From Antedon mediterranea (taxonomy: Eukaryota > Animalia > Echinodermata), in assembly GCF_964355755.1 (NCBI RefSeq), contig NC_092671.1:1364001-1428000 (forward strand): a DNA stretch of 64,000 nucleotides. Reading direction: 5' to 3'. Below are positions 36,383 to 49,256 of this stretch, in pieces (position 1 is the stretch's first letter; each line of letters starts with the position of its first letter). The translations under genes and the position numbers were made by a program. Below the pieces are notes generated by a model. That model had not been told where the DNA came from and made no database searches. It was given only the letters and a program-made list of their open reading frames with translations.

Positions 36383-36951
36383 AGACCCCTTCCCTGCAAT
36401 TTTGGACGTTTTTTGGAAAATTATGATAAAAAGTGAGAAACAATGCACTACCTAAGTAGCTCGCGGCGATCGACCTCTCGTGGACGGTCTTAGGCCTAGC
36501 CTAGCTAGGCTTAGTTTTGTAGGCCTAGCTGGTAAACATCGGTAACGTACGAACATCGTACGCTACCTATATACCTAGCCTGACGTTGTATAGTTGCTGC
36601 ATTAATTGTCTTTCTATTTTTGCCAGACTCCGTTGATACAAATTGGGGGAAACCCGGTATTTTCGCTGAAAAGTTAGGAGTCTTCCATTTGTTTTGGCCT
36701 CACGATCGATCGAAAAGTGGGCGAATTACAGGTGAAAAACAAAAATATCAATCTGCGCGCAATGCATTTTGGGATTTATAGCGGGCCGCTATAATTATCA
36801 GAATCGACTTATTTTTAATTATATAATATTTTTTATTTTTAACCGTTTAAAGACGAAAAAAGTTATCGCAATAGGATCATATAGTATTATTTTTACATTA
36901 AATATAGTTTGTGATCTTAAATTAGATCTAAAAAACGTAGGGAAGGGGGCT
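36383..36951. mobile_element. Non-autonomous Kolobok-like DNA transposon
   Basis: TTAA on both sides (36379-36382, 36952-36955), AG..CT termini, TIR AGACCCCTTCCCTGC versus AGCCCCCTTCCCTAC (13/15), CpG-rich interior. Confidence 0.75.
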
Positions 36952-37469
36952 TTAAATAAAACATTTTTCATTCAGATGTTATTCACCAATTAGCACATTA
37001 ATTATAGTATGCTATAAATTGACATATTAAACTTGATTTAATACTTCATATAATATGCAATATATTTAATCAAACACATTTCATATGCATATTATTAATT
37101 AAAGTGATCTCCTACTCTAAATCATTATACTAATCTAGATAACAAGTTCCACAACTATTGGGTTGAGTGATCAATCTCTAGAGAATAAACAGCCATGAAG
37201 GGGGCAAGGCTGGGGAAGGAAGACTCTGATCACATACATAACACAGGTCAAACATTGCAACATTGACGTTTTAATTACATGTGTGCAATAATCGCTTTGG
37301 AATCAATCACGTCTCAATTTTTTGTTTGTGCAAGGACAAAACCCCAAGGTAATGCTACAATTATTATTTTGTATTATTTCATGTAAACAATAATGGTATA
37401 ATGTAACTTCTTATTAAAATTCATATTTACATCCATCATCCACTTTTAATATAAAATGATTGCCAATTA

Positions 37470-38222
37470 CAGAAGAACTTAAGGGGACACCTTTGGGACC
37501 CAAAAAAGTGCCCCGTCAAGTGTTTCCATTCAAGAGGGATTGGTCATCATATTAAAACATATATTGCCCCTTGTTCATTTTACAGGAAAGTGTCCCTTAA
37601 TAGGAGTGTCCCTTAATAGGAGTGTCCCTTAATAGGAGTGTCCCTTAATAGGAGTGTCCCTTAATAGGAGTGTCCCTTAATAGGAGTGTCCCTTAATAGG
37701 AGTGTCCCTTAATAGGAGTGTCCCCTAATAGGAGTGTCCCTTAATAGGAGTGTCCCTTAATAGGAGTGTCCCTTAATAGGAGTGTCCCTTAATAGGAATG
37801 TCCCTTAATAGGAGTGTCCCTTAATAGGAGTGTCCCTTAATAGGAGTGTCCCTTAATAGGAGTGTCCCTTAATAGGAGTGTCCCTTAATAGGAGTGTCCC
37901 TTAATAGGAGTGTCCCTTAATAGGAGTGTTCCTTAATAGGAGTGTCCCTTAATAGGAGTGTTCCTTAATAGGAGTGTCCCTTAATAGGAGTGTCCCTTAA
38001 TAGGAGTGTCCCTTAATAGGAGTGTCCCTTAATAGGAGTGTCCCTTAATAGGAGTGTTCCTTAATAGGAGTGTCCCTTAATAGGAGTGTTCCTTAATAGG
38101 AGTGTCCCTTAATAGGAGTGTCCCTTAATAGGAGTGTCCCTTAATAGGAGTGTCCCTTAATAGGAGTGTCCCTTAATAGGAGTGTCCCTTAATAGGAGTG
38201 TCTCAAAGGAGGTGTTCTATTG
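37470..38222. mobile_element. pogo/Tigger-like MITE with expanded 16-bp minisatellite
   Basis: TA|CAGAAGAAC..GTTCTATTG|TA ends; 38 copies of GTGTCCCTTAATAGGA at 37590-38197. Confidence 0.8.
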
Positions 38223-41169
38223 TATAGTTTTATATAATATAATTACCTGGTATCTGTTAGTTTTATGTCTTTTTGCTTTAATTTAGCAGTAAATAATTTG
38301 TTTGCTATATGTTTACTTTTAAATGTTATTTTGTATAATGCTTATAAAAAAAAAACCATTATAGAAGTTCTTCATATAATTATATAATATTTATATCATA
38401 AAAGATAAAATTGATAAAAAGAATTACATAATGAATTGTTTGCAAGCACACAATTGTTATGCTTATATGAATGTTTAAGGTATCCACTGTAAATTACATT
38501 TTGCAATATAAAAAAATATGATACATGTAACATCTAGTCTAATTGATCTTAATGGAGTAATTTAAATGCAGCGATTAAACTAGAAATTTAATATAGCATT
38601 TAGTGTCATTTATCATCTCCGCATCCTACGAATCTTGATGCTTTCTCTATCATAAGGTGATTATATTATATCGTTTGAAATATATCTTATGTTTAATACT
38701 GGCAATCTATAACGAGGTAGGCAGGTAAATCATTAAGGTTCAATCCGATGCGACATACTTGGACAAACACTACACCAAGGTAATTTTATCTTAAAGCCAT
38801 GTTCACACACACACACAACTACTGATTAGCATTATCTAGATATAAGCCTGTGTTCACACAGTTCTTCCTTATCTGGATCAGTGTTATTATTTTACTAAAA
38901 ATCATATAATCCCAAAAGTCATATGAATTCCCACACGCTGATTTGAATACCAGAAGTTGATTGGCTATTGAATATAGAGGTCAAATTACTAAATTGGATG
39001 TGCAGAATCAGGCTATCCTGACCGGCCAAACAAAATTTTGATTATCAGATCGGGCATTCCCATGTAGACGACGTTTGGTTACATCTCGATTTGGATTATA
39101 GTCCGCTAGTCCAGTCTAGTCTCAAAATATGAGTCCATAACAAACAGTGATTTTTTATTTCATCTTGTATAGTAAAAAGAATTCCTTATATAATATATTT
39201 GTTATAATAAAAACTACAAAAGCAATTCTGTTACATCATCTTACAAAGAAGGCTACACAAACGAAAACTGGAAGGGTTCCCTCTGGTGGTGGTTGAAATG
39301 CTTGATGGTTATAATTTTTTAAAAAGAGTTAAAAATTACAATTTTATCAAACTACCTACTAGTTGATAATCATTGTATTCATGTCTAACGTAAGTCTGAA
39401 TGATTTCACAGCGTAGAGAGGCTAGTTAACGAGAGATGTTAATCAACATCTTACAAAGTACATGCATGAATAAACGATGACAATGTGATTATGGGGAAAT
39501 GATCTATTTCCTAAGTAACACTGGTAGATAGCTTATGTCAGATACTAATCAATACTGATTCTCTAAGTTTTATCTTACAATACTATAGATCTTTAGATGT
39601 AAATACACATGTCGTCAAACTGCTTTTTTACTTAGACTCAGTGATCTACCTTTAAATTCTACACTGTCATCTATTTCTTTCTTTTTTAGGACTTTGTTTA
39701 AACCATGCCTTCTGATTGAACCATGACATTCTACTGCATCATGCTTTTAAGCTGAACCATGCTTTTCACTAAACCATGCCTTGAAAGGTTTGCCTCTCGC
39801 AAGTTGACATTTCTAAGCAACTATATCGACCTCTATTTTTCAAAGAATTACCAAAAACCCATTAAATACTATTCAAATTTGGGTCAACTTAAACCTAAAT
39901 ATAGGGATACTACACTCAAAGCAGCTTATACTTGGAATAAATGATGCTATAGGCCAAACTTTATATTTAATAACATGTTCTTGGTTTGCTTCAGACATAA
40001 TAAGTATGATGCTTGGCTTTCACTAAAATTAGTTCTGTCTATTTTCTGATCATTTTCAAACCAATGCCAAAGGGAAAACAAATTTCCTAAAAATATTAAT
40101 CATTTTACTTAACGAAAAAAAAAATTAAAAACGTGAAAACTACAAGGCCTAAATGTATTTGGTTCATAATGTCAAAATGTCAATTATTGTGTGGTTTCAC
40201 ACCCACAACAAACCTGGCAGATTAGGATTGAGCTCCTAATTAAATTATAGCACACCAGCTTCCAATGTATTGGTACTAGTACTAGTGTTAAACCAACATA
40301 ATCACATCTCAATCAGCACAGTAGAAGCTGTCATGTAGAGGAAATTGATTCCTGGCAAAAATATCAAAGCAAAACAGCACTACAGTAGCAACACCATTGC
40401 AATTCAATAGTCTACTCGCAGCCGTAATTATGCTCTTTTTTGTTGTTTTTTTTTTCAATAATAACTGCTAAGAGGTGTATCTTTATCAAGTCCTTCTTGC
40501 TAAGTGAGACAATTTTACTTAATAAAGTTTGAATGCTTTCACTCGCGTACAAGGGAATACTTTTTGCTTTTTTTTACAGTTTAGAGGTCTTACCACAACT
40601 GTGGTAAAGCTCATAGAGCCAACAAAGTTTATGTGCGGACACTGGTAACATTTCCCTTCCTCAGGTAATTTTTTAATCAACAAAGTCCAGTGTGAATATG
40701 GCTTTTATACTAAGCCAAACTACATTTTCTTCATTATACTTGTAAAAAGGTGTATTAAAAAAAAGATTATGAAAAATTTACATTTGCGCTGATACAAGAT
40801 CAAAATGTCATCTACAAACGACCTACATTTCCAAGCTGCAAATATAAAATGTAGTAAACCTAAAAAGAAACTTTGCATATGATCTGATGGATGTAATCTA
40901 ATTGCTGATGTATTAGGTTTGAAGACAGCAAGATCGACATCTCTAAATTGAATCTTACCTCAGGTGCTACCTCAGGTGATATATCCACCTGTCCTCTGTA
41001 TACTCATAGAGCAAACACATTATGCATTAGATTCTGAGATTTTGTAGACAAAATTTGCAAATCTTATTTTAATGTTGTAAAGACGGATTTAAATCACACA
41101 GGATAAATTAATTTGTAATTTTCTCGCAAGAGGACTTTCAGATTGTGAATAAATCAATTGAGTTTGTTA

Positions 41170-41327
41170 AGCTCTGTCTATACTATCAAACTAGTTTGAC
41201 AAAAAATAGTGAGATGCACCCAAATATGGTAGTAATATGCTTAAATATGGTAGTGATATGGCATCATCATGTTCATATATGGGCACATCACATTTTTTTG
41301 TCACATAAAGTTTGATGTGCAGACCTT
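41170..41327. mobile_element. PIF/Harbinger (Tourist)-like MITE
   Basis: Terminus AGCTCTGTCTATACTATCAAACT; homologous to the copies at 41601, 44913, 53223 and 61394. Confidence 0.75.
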
Positions 41328-41600
41328 TCTCATTTGAAACATTCAAATCATTGAAAACAATGCAATAATAGGCTGCACTCAAAAAACATAAAATCACGGA
41401 CAACCAGATGTATCCTTTACGGACAGTGAGATGATTTTATAAACTTGTTTGTGCCAAAATCTATGCACAACTAATTTTGAAAATATTCTATTAACAGTTA
41501 TGTCATTACATACATCTTGTGTATATTTTACTGCGACACATCCAACATTTTATATTTGTAACGAAGACTAAGAATTATATAATCTAAATAATCAACCTAA

Positions 41601-41722
41601 AGGTCTGTCTACACTATCAAACTAGTATGTGACCAACAAAATGTGATGTGCCCATATGATGATGTCACTTCACTACCAACAGATTTGGGCATATAACAAC
41701 TATATTTAGGCACATCATATTT
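41601..41722. mobile_element. PIF/Harbinger-like MITE, truncated
   Basis: TAA|AGGTCTGTCTACACTATCAAACT left end; right TIR absent. Confidence 0.65.
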
Positions 41723-42802
41723 TGAGCTTAACACATTTGCCATTAGTAAACATAATTAATGAAAGTAATTGATTTTACAAATTGAACAGCTCTTTTGATA
41801 CAATTCCCCCTGGATTAATAAACCAGCTGAATTAAATACGTAATGTTCATTCTATCTACGTACGCCACTTTGAACTATAACATGATTTGAACACATTAAG
41901 AGTTACACAATCACAGTCGTGAAATATGGTTGTAATTTGTGCAGCAAATTAATTTTTAATATAACTTATTGTGTTGTTCCCTTCTGTAAGTGGTGAGCTC
42001 CTATTGGTTTGAAAAATAAAAATAAATGTTTGCAGATACTTTGACAAGAGTCAAGATTTGATTTTGTGGATACTAGACGAAAACATTACATGACAACTCA
42101 AACATTTTAGTAGGGAGATTTTGGTTTCATGTTGCGCTATAAGAAGATGTCATTGTGCACACGCTCAGAAACATGAGCAGGCGCAAAATGACATTGAATG
42201 CCAGCTGCATAGTGGAGTGAGGCATCATAAAAATTAACACTCCATATTAACAATTAAAGATGTAGCATTACTACATTAATATCTAAAGTTAAATTGCTGT
42301 AAAATTGGTCATGGCGGGTGCTAAACTGCTAACAAATGACATATCAATATTGTGTCACATTGAAGGCCAAGCACAACTACAGCCACTGCCCACTATTTAG
42401 ACATCAAGGCTAATCTTTATCCTAAGCTGTGATGGGTTATTGATTTTGTATAAGTAAATAATTCCTTTGTAAACTAGTAATTCTACATGTGTTGAAAAAC
42501 CTTCAAACAATAATCACATGTTCTAGTCTATGGATAGACAATTTAGAAGCACTGGTGTTTAATATATGTTATTGGTATACTGCTTTGCCAATTGTGGAAT
42601 CGCATACTGTTACTGTTCTGGTGGCCATCTTCTTCACATGGCTGTCATTGACAGATACTTTTAAAAATACTATTTGTTCTAATAGAAACAGTCATATTCT
42701 GTCAATTTGTTTAAACAAATAATTGTTATTCAAAGTTGCACAATTGCAATATTAAGTTTTAGTTTTTTAATATGTAACTAAAACTAAATTTAATATATGG
42801 TC

Positions 42803-44296
42803 TTTTTTAGGTTATATGCATGATATGCATATAACCTCTTGATTCTGTCAAAATCTTTATTTATTTATTTATTTATTTATTTATTCTTTCCTTAGCACTA
42901 TTTTGTCCGTGAATTATCTTGATATCAGTTTCATCTATCTAAGTCAATTTTTCAGAGTATATTCCTTATGGCCAGGAATCGATGTGGTTATATTTTCACG
43001 ATGCGTAATCAAAAATTACGCGGTCTACGCGCGATTTTACGAAATCACGTTTGTAATCATATCTTCACAAGCATGAATCACAATTAAACAAAATTTGGTA
43101 CTCATAAATTTCAGGTCATATTTCATCATATGGCAATACAATTACGTGCGTAGCGCATATAACGCTTGCGTACGCGCGCTTAAAATGTTCAAAATTGTCA
43201 AAATTTATTTTCGATGAAATTAGAGTACGTTTCAGGCAATTTTAAGCGTTTAAAAAATTGCCATGAGTGCGCAGATTTTTGCACGCGCACTGCGCGTTAT
43301 ACGTTAATGCGCACTCTTTTTGTCCGATTTCGGTTGTACAACCTTTCTTTAATAATATCATCATATTTTATTCACTTTTCAACGCGTAATTGCCTTATAC
43401 GAGCACGTCAAAAGTGACAGGCTACGCACGTGTAAGTTAACAAAATGGTGAAAATATGCTAAATTTTAAAATTAATATAGATCGTCAAAATGCTCGGGAA
43501 CACATATTTTTTATTTCATTTTCTTGAAGTGTATGTATCTTATGTATGATTTATTATTAAACTAAGGGAACAAAAGTTGATTAAGCCATAATTGATTGCA
43601 TATTAAATTAAAAAAAATTCATTTCGACAATCAAACAAATTATGACATTTTCTTAGGCCAAAATAACAAACTTAACATTAACTTTCTTCCTCCAAAAGTT
43701 CATATATTAAAGTTAAAAGTATATAGTTTGACAGTGCATCATTTTTGTACATTTTTAGAGATGTCATCATAGTAAAAAATTATAATTCATTGCGGTATTT
43801 AATAATCTATCTGCACCAAAGTGGTTACTGCATAGTAAATACACGGAGGAATTTTTCTACAATTTTTAGACAGTTGTGTATGGCTCGGTGGTGTGTGCTC
43901 GTGTCTATGGCACTCAAGGTACCGAGATCGAGTCTCACCTTGGGAAACGAAATAAGATTTTTTTTTTTATTATCCGTATTGTTTGTTCAAATTTATTTCT
44001 TAGTGTATATATTATACACATGATTTATAATGAAATCTAGATAAAAAATAACTTATGTCTTTATTATTATGTAACAGCAAATGTGGTTTATGACATTATA
44101 CGCAGAGGGATCTTTGATCGGATTGTGATACCGGCTATTGTATTCGCGTTAGCAAGGTCCTATCATATATTATAAATAATTATAGAATCTGAGAAAATCA
44201 ATGAATCAAAATATCTTTTAAAAATCAATTATCTTTATTAAAATCAATGCATATAACCTATAATTCGTCATAGTGACGAATTAAATCTAGTTTTTT
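42803..44296 (+). mobile_element. Complete non-autonomous Helentron (HINE/DINE-1-like)
   Basis: T6, then subTIR AGGTTATATGCAT (42809-42821), its inverted copy (42825-42837) and a (TTTA)n tract. The 3' end has ATGCATATAACCT (44247-44259), a 10-bp hairpin TAATTCGTCA-TAG-TGACGAATTA (44261-44283), CTAG and T6. Confidence 0.88.
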
Positions 44297-44912
44297 ATTA
44301 TAATTTACAAAATTTAGGTGGGGCTGAGGCAGACTCGGATCTATATATATTATATTGACGCTGATAAGCACTCCCCCAATGAATGTCCATCCTAAATGAA
44401 TGAATGATCTACTTGGAAGTTAAGACTATTATAAATTTCAATTAAATATAAGTGATGTCACTTTAGAAACATTTACAATGACTTTCAAAAGTAGAAAGAC
44501 CTTCAGAAATTAAAATAGCAGACATTAGCTTAAACAGGAACAAGAAAAGTACCCAACACAAAGATGCTTGCATAAATGTTGAATTAATTTTTAGCAAAAT
44601 CATTGTCTAACAATAAAAAAAAGTTCATTTTAATTGAATGATAGATGATATATCAAATTTTCTTCTGTTTATTATTGAAATTATTTCCCTTAACATGAAG
44701 TGCCATTAACCAGAGTTTAACATTTCATCAAATTAGATTTCACTTTTTGATTGTTTCCCTTGTCAGTCACGCTTATTCTCTAAACGTTTAATTTACTCAT
44801 CTTTAGTCTGTTTAGATTTTTCAGGTAATGAACAATAAAACACTCTTAACTTTCTAATAAAACTAATTGTTTTATAATACAGCCAACTCCTACTCAGAGA
44901 AAACTCCTATTA

Positions 44913-45072
44913 AGTTCTGTCTACATTATGAAACTTTATGTGACAAAAAAATGTGACGTGCCCATATATGGACATGATGATGTCATATCACTACCATATT
45001 TGGCCATATCACTACCATATTTGGGCACATCACACTTTTTTTTCAAATTAGTTTGATAGTGTATACAGAATT
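44913..45072. mobile_element. PIF/Harbinger-like MITE
   Basis: Both TIRs recognisable; internal duplicated CATATCACTACCATATTTGG. Confidence 0.75.
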
Positions 45073-46533
45073 TTATTCCTATTGACACTTTCTTTTGTTT
45101 TATATTAATTTTAGGCTATTGCCTGACCACTGATTAACTTTGTATTTTCAGTCAGTCATATTTTTCTCATTGGAATTAGACAGCAAATTTAACTTGATCA
45201 CTTCTCACAAGTAAACTAACAAAATGATAATGAAAATATTACAAATTCTTGAACAGATGTCTGAAGACACTAGAGAGACAAAATAATGAATTCTGAAATC
45301 AAAGCGTTCAAACTCCCTTGACATCACCGCCAAGTAGCAATTTTAAGTAAATATTTTCCTATATCAGTAGTTTATCATTTCAAAACTTATGACACCTTAG
45401 GGAAAGATAGTACTTAGTTGATGACCGAGTCTTTACAATTAAACATCTTTTATAATTCATTAAGTGATTAATAACAAACACTTTTTAATACATACAACAT
45501 TTATATTCAATGAAAAGTTACAGTATACCATTGAGCAACAATTTGGAATCTATGGCTTTTAATACAGCTACAACAAATTACAAAAACATAAATTACATAT
45601 TTACTCATGCCATGGATGTAATTTTGATGGCAATACCTACCATCTAAATCTTCCACCAAACCTAAAGCTTATTTTAAAGCTTTTATTTTAATTTAGACAG
45701 TACTGTTTTATGTTTCTTCAATAGCTTTTCGACAATCATCTCTATATCAGTCATTCCTATTTATACTATATTTTATTGAAATTGTATATTATAAATAATA
45801 ATATTTTGATTATAACTATATTAAATATGTAATTATTATATTTGTTTGAAAGTCATATTAAAAATAATATTAAAAAAGTATGGATAAATGTTGTGAAGTC
45901 AAACATTGGTTAAAATGCTTTGAAATATATGATTTCTGCAAACACAGTCTTTCAATTCATGCATTTTATTAAGCCTATGATGTAATTAGGCTTAAAACTC
46001 AATTGGCAGATGTTAATGAATTACTTGATTCAAGTCAAGATCTCAATATCAATTTCACTCAAAAAGCTAAATTCTCACACCTTATTTGCATACACACTGA
46101 AGCAGCATGTCTTAAACAAATAATGATTGTTGTGAAATATGTTAAAATATTCAAGAAATTAATTAATTTATCATTAATTAAATACAGTATTCACTACTAC
46201 CAGTAGCACCATTTTCAATCTAGTGACATACTGTAAATATGATATATTACATTTATCTATAATTAGCAAAAAAATAATTTCTTAACCTTTTAACACAAGA
46301 TTGTTATTTTTAACATAAAAAATTGTAAAATACTATAGCTTTAGATCTGACATTTTAAATTTGAACTTTAAGTTTGTTGCGTTTCAAAACAATCCTATAT
46401 TTTGTTATTTTTATTCTATATTGTCGTTCAATGTTTATTTTATCCTTTTAATAGGATAATCAAAACAGTACTTTGTAAAACGTTGAAATCACAAACAAAA
46501 AGAATATCAACACAATTGCTACAACTTGTGCAT

Positions 46534-47380
46534 ACTGTACTATACCAAGTAATATATCAATGTACCTTTAAGTTCACAGTACGACTGTATTCTCTACTAT
46601 ACCAAGTAATACATCTATGTACCTTTAAGTTCACAGTACCACTGTATTCTCTACTATACCAAGTAATACATCTATGTACCTTTAAGTTCACAGTACCTAC
46701 CACTGTATTCTCTACTATACCAAGTAATACATCTATGTACCTTTAAGTTCACAGTACGACTGTATTCTCTACTATACCAAGTAATACATCTATGTACCTT
46801 TAAGTTCACAGTACCACTGTATTCTCTACTATACCAAGTAATACATCTATGTACCTTTAAGATCACAGTACGACTGTATTCTGTACCATAACAAGTAATA
46901 TATCTATGTACATTTAAGTTCACAGTACCACTGTATTCTCTACTATACCAAGTAATACATCTATGTACCTTTAAGTTCACAGTACCACTGTATTCTCTAC
47001 TATACCAAGTAATACATCTATGTACCTTTAAGTTCACAGTACGACTGTATTCTCTACTATACCAAGTAATACATCTATGTACAGTACCTTTAAGTTCACA
47101 GTACCTACCACTGTATTCTACTATACCAAGTAATATATCTATGTACCTTTAAGTTCACAGTACGACTGTATACTGTACTATACCAAGTAATATATCAATG
47201 TACCTTTAAGTTCACAGTACGACTGTATTCTCTACTATACCAAGTAATACATCTATGTACCTTTAAGATCACAGTACGACTGTATTCTCTACTATACCAA
47301 GTAATACATCTATGTACCTTTAAGTTCACAGTACGACTGTATACTGTAGTATACCAAGTAATACATCTATAATACATCTA
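46534..47380. repeat. 57-bp minisatellite (~15 copies)
   Basis: Unit TGTACCTTTAAGTTCACAGTAC(G/C)ACTGTATTCTCTACTATACCAAGTAATACATCTA; gives the 19-aa periodic pseudo-ORFs. Confidence 0.95.
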
Positions 47381-49031
47381 TCTCTAAGCTCCCAGTTTGA
47401 TACAGTATTACTGTACATAAGACTATAATAGCATGGGAAAGAATATCAGATATAATTTACGTTAATTTGTTATGTTTTATCACATGTAATGTTCATGTTG
47501 GATTGTTGTTATGCTTATTATGTATTATACTATACTGTATGTTGGTATTCAATTAAACATTTTTCTGTCAAATGGGGTAATATTTCTTATGACTGTTAGC
47601 AATGCTGTTCACCAGGAAGGGTACTCTCGCTATTATTGTATGCATATAAATAGTAATTAAATGTATTTTTTTATTATTAATTATTTAAAATATCAACAAT
47701 TTTTGAAAAAAAATGTCTTAATAAACATCCTGAAGTATTATCTGTAATCTTTATATAAAATGGCACCTTTAGCCTCATGGTATCTAATAATTTCTGGATT
47801 AAGTGCAAATTAATCTTTGAAAGTATTTTTTTTATGAGCTTGACATTTTTATAAAGTAATATGTCTCATAAAAAAATCAACATTATAAAAACATTGATTT
47901 TAACACATATTGATATTTTGACATTATGAAAAGCGTGTCATGTTGGAGATAATTGTTGAGTGGGCCGACAAACAGAGGAAAACTTCAATATTCTGTTTAA
48001 TGTCATCACAAGGCTACAAATGACAAATCAGTTTTCGTTGTCAGTTGTAAAACCAACTGTCCACAATCATACAAAGTGTTACGTCTCATATCTGTACTGT
48101 CCCTAGGGATATGATTTAATTATAATTTATATATATAATAGCAGCTGTATATTGTAATTATATAATTACAATCAAAACTAGCTATTTGTGTAATTGTTAA
48201 GATACATATATTTGAGGGTCTAATAATAAGTTTTGTGTTACGCTAGCGACCGGACAGGACCACAAACAAACACAGATAAACCATCATTGGATGGAAATGT
48301 CATTTATTAAAATAACGAATATTAAAACGTGTATATTGGTAAAACATAGATGACATATCACTTTTATTATAAAACTGAATTATATTACATTTATAAAATG
48401 GGTTACGCCCTATACGTTAAGTTCTTATACTTTCTGTTATTTACCGGTAGTACTCCCTTTCAGCACATGCTAACATAGCTAATAAAATGGAAAATATCTC
48501 ATTTAAAAACTACTATAAATTAAAAGTATATCTTTCATCTTCTGTGAGATTCAACATAGGCCTATATACGGTTCAACTGTTACCTTTGCAAATACATTCT
48601 AAAGCAATATAAAAGAGTTTTTTAAATTACTGGAATTTTTCTAATAAATTCATACACGTATAGGAGTACTGCAACATAATTCTTATTTAAAACAAATACA
48701 TGATATAACGTGGCATGTCGCCAATCTAATCTTTCAAAATTATAGTAATTAACAGAATATTTAGATTGCCTATTCTAGTTTTGTATGGAACATCTTACTA
48801 TGCTAGCGAGTTCTTTGCATATTTCTATGTACTTATTATCCATCAATTTTGATGAATCGCGAGTATATCAACTTACGAGATTCGTTATGTTTAGAAAAAC
48901 ATCTCAGTAGGAAAATGATATTAGAATTAAGATGAATGATTTCATACCAGGTAATGTGTAAGCAGATTTATTAGCTAGAACATGTCAACTTTTTAAATTT
49001 CATTTTTTTTTTTTAATTATTATTTCAATCA

Positions 49032-49256
49032 AATTTATTTAACCACGGATGCCTAGGCCTACTGCTTGAAATTAAAGACTTCACTTGAAATCATTATATA
49101 GGGTTTTATATTTACATAGTCACTTCAATTCAACTGTATTTAACCACGGAGGCCTAGGCCTACTGCTTGAAATTGCAGAATTTACTTCAAATTATTATTT
49201 TAGGGTTTTTTAAAAATAATATATATAGTCACTTCAATTCAACTTTATTTAACCAT
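49032..49256. repeat. Tandem duplication (~103-111 bp period)
   Basis: TATTTAACCACGGA.GCCTAGGCCTACTGCTTGAAATT..ATAGTCACTTCAATTCAACT occurs twice, plus the start of a third copy. Confidence 0.85.

Noticed and set aside
37590-38197. 16-bp array as CRISPR or telomeric repeat
   Set aside because: Head-to-tail units with no spacers, derived from a MITE subterminal motif.
38793-40705. Inverted pair AAAGCCATGTTCACAC / GTGTGAATATGGCTTT as one 1.9-kb Harbinger element
   Set aside because: No matching TSD, a second left-type end lies at ~38844 and the interior looks like unique DNA; probably separate decayed MITE ends.
46402-47377. ORFs of 114, 121 and 60 aa
   Set aside because: Translations of the 57-bp minisatellite, broken by indel units.
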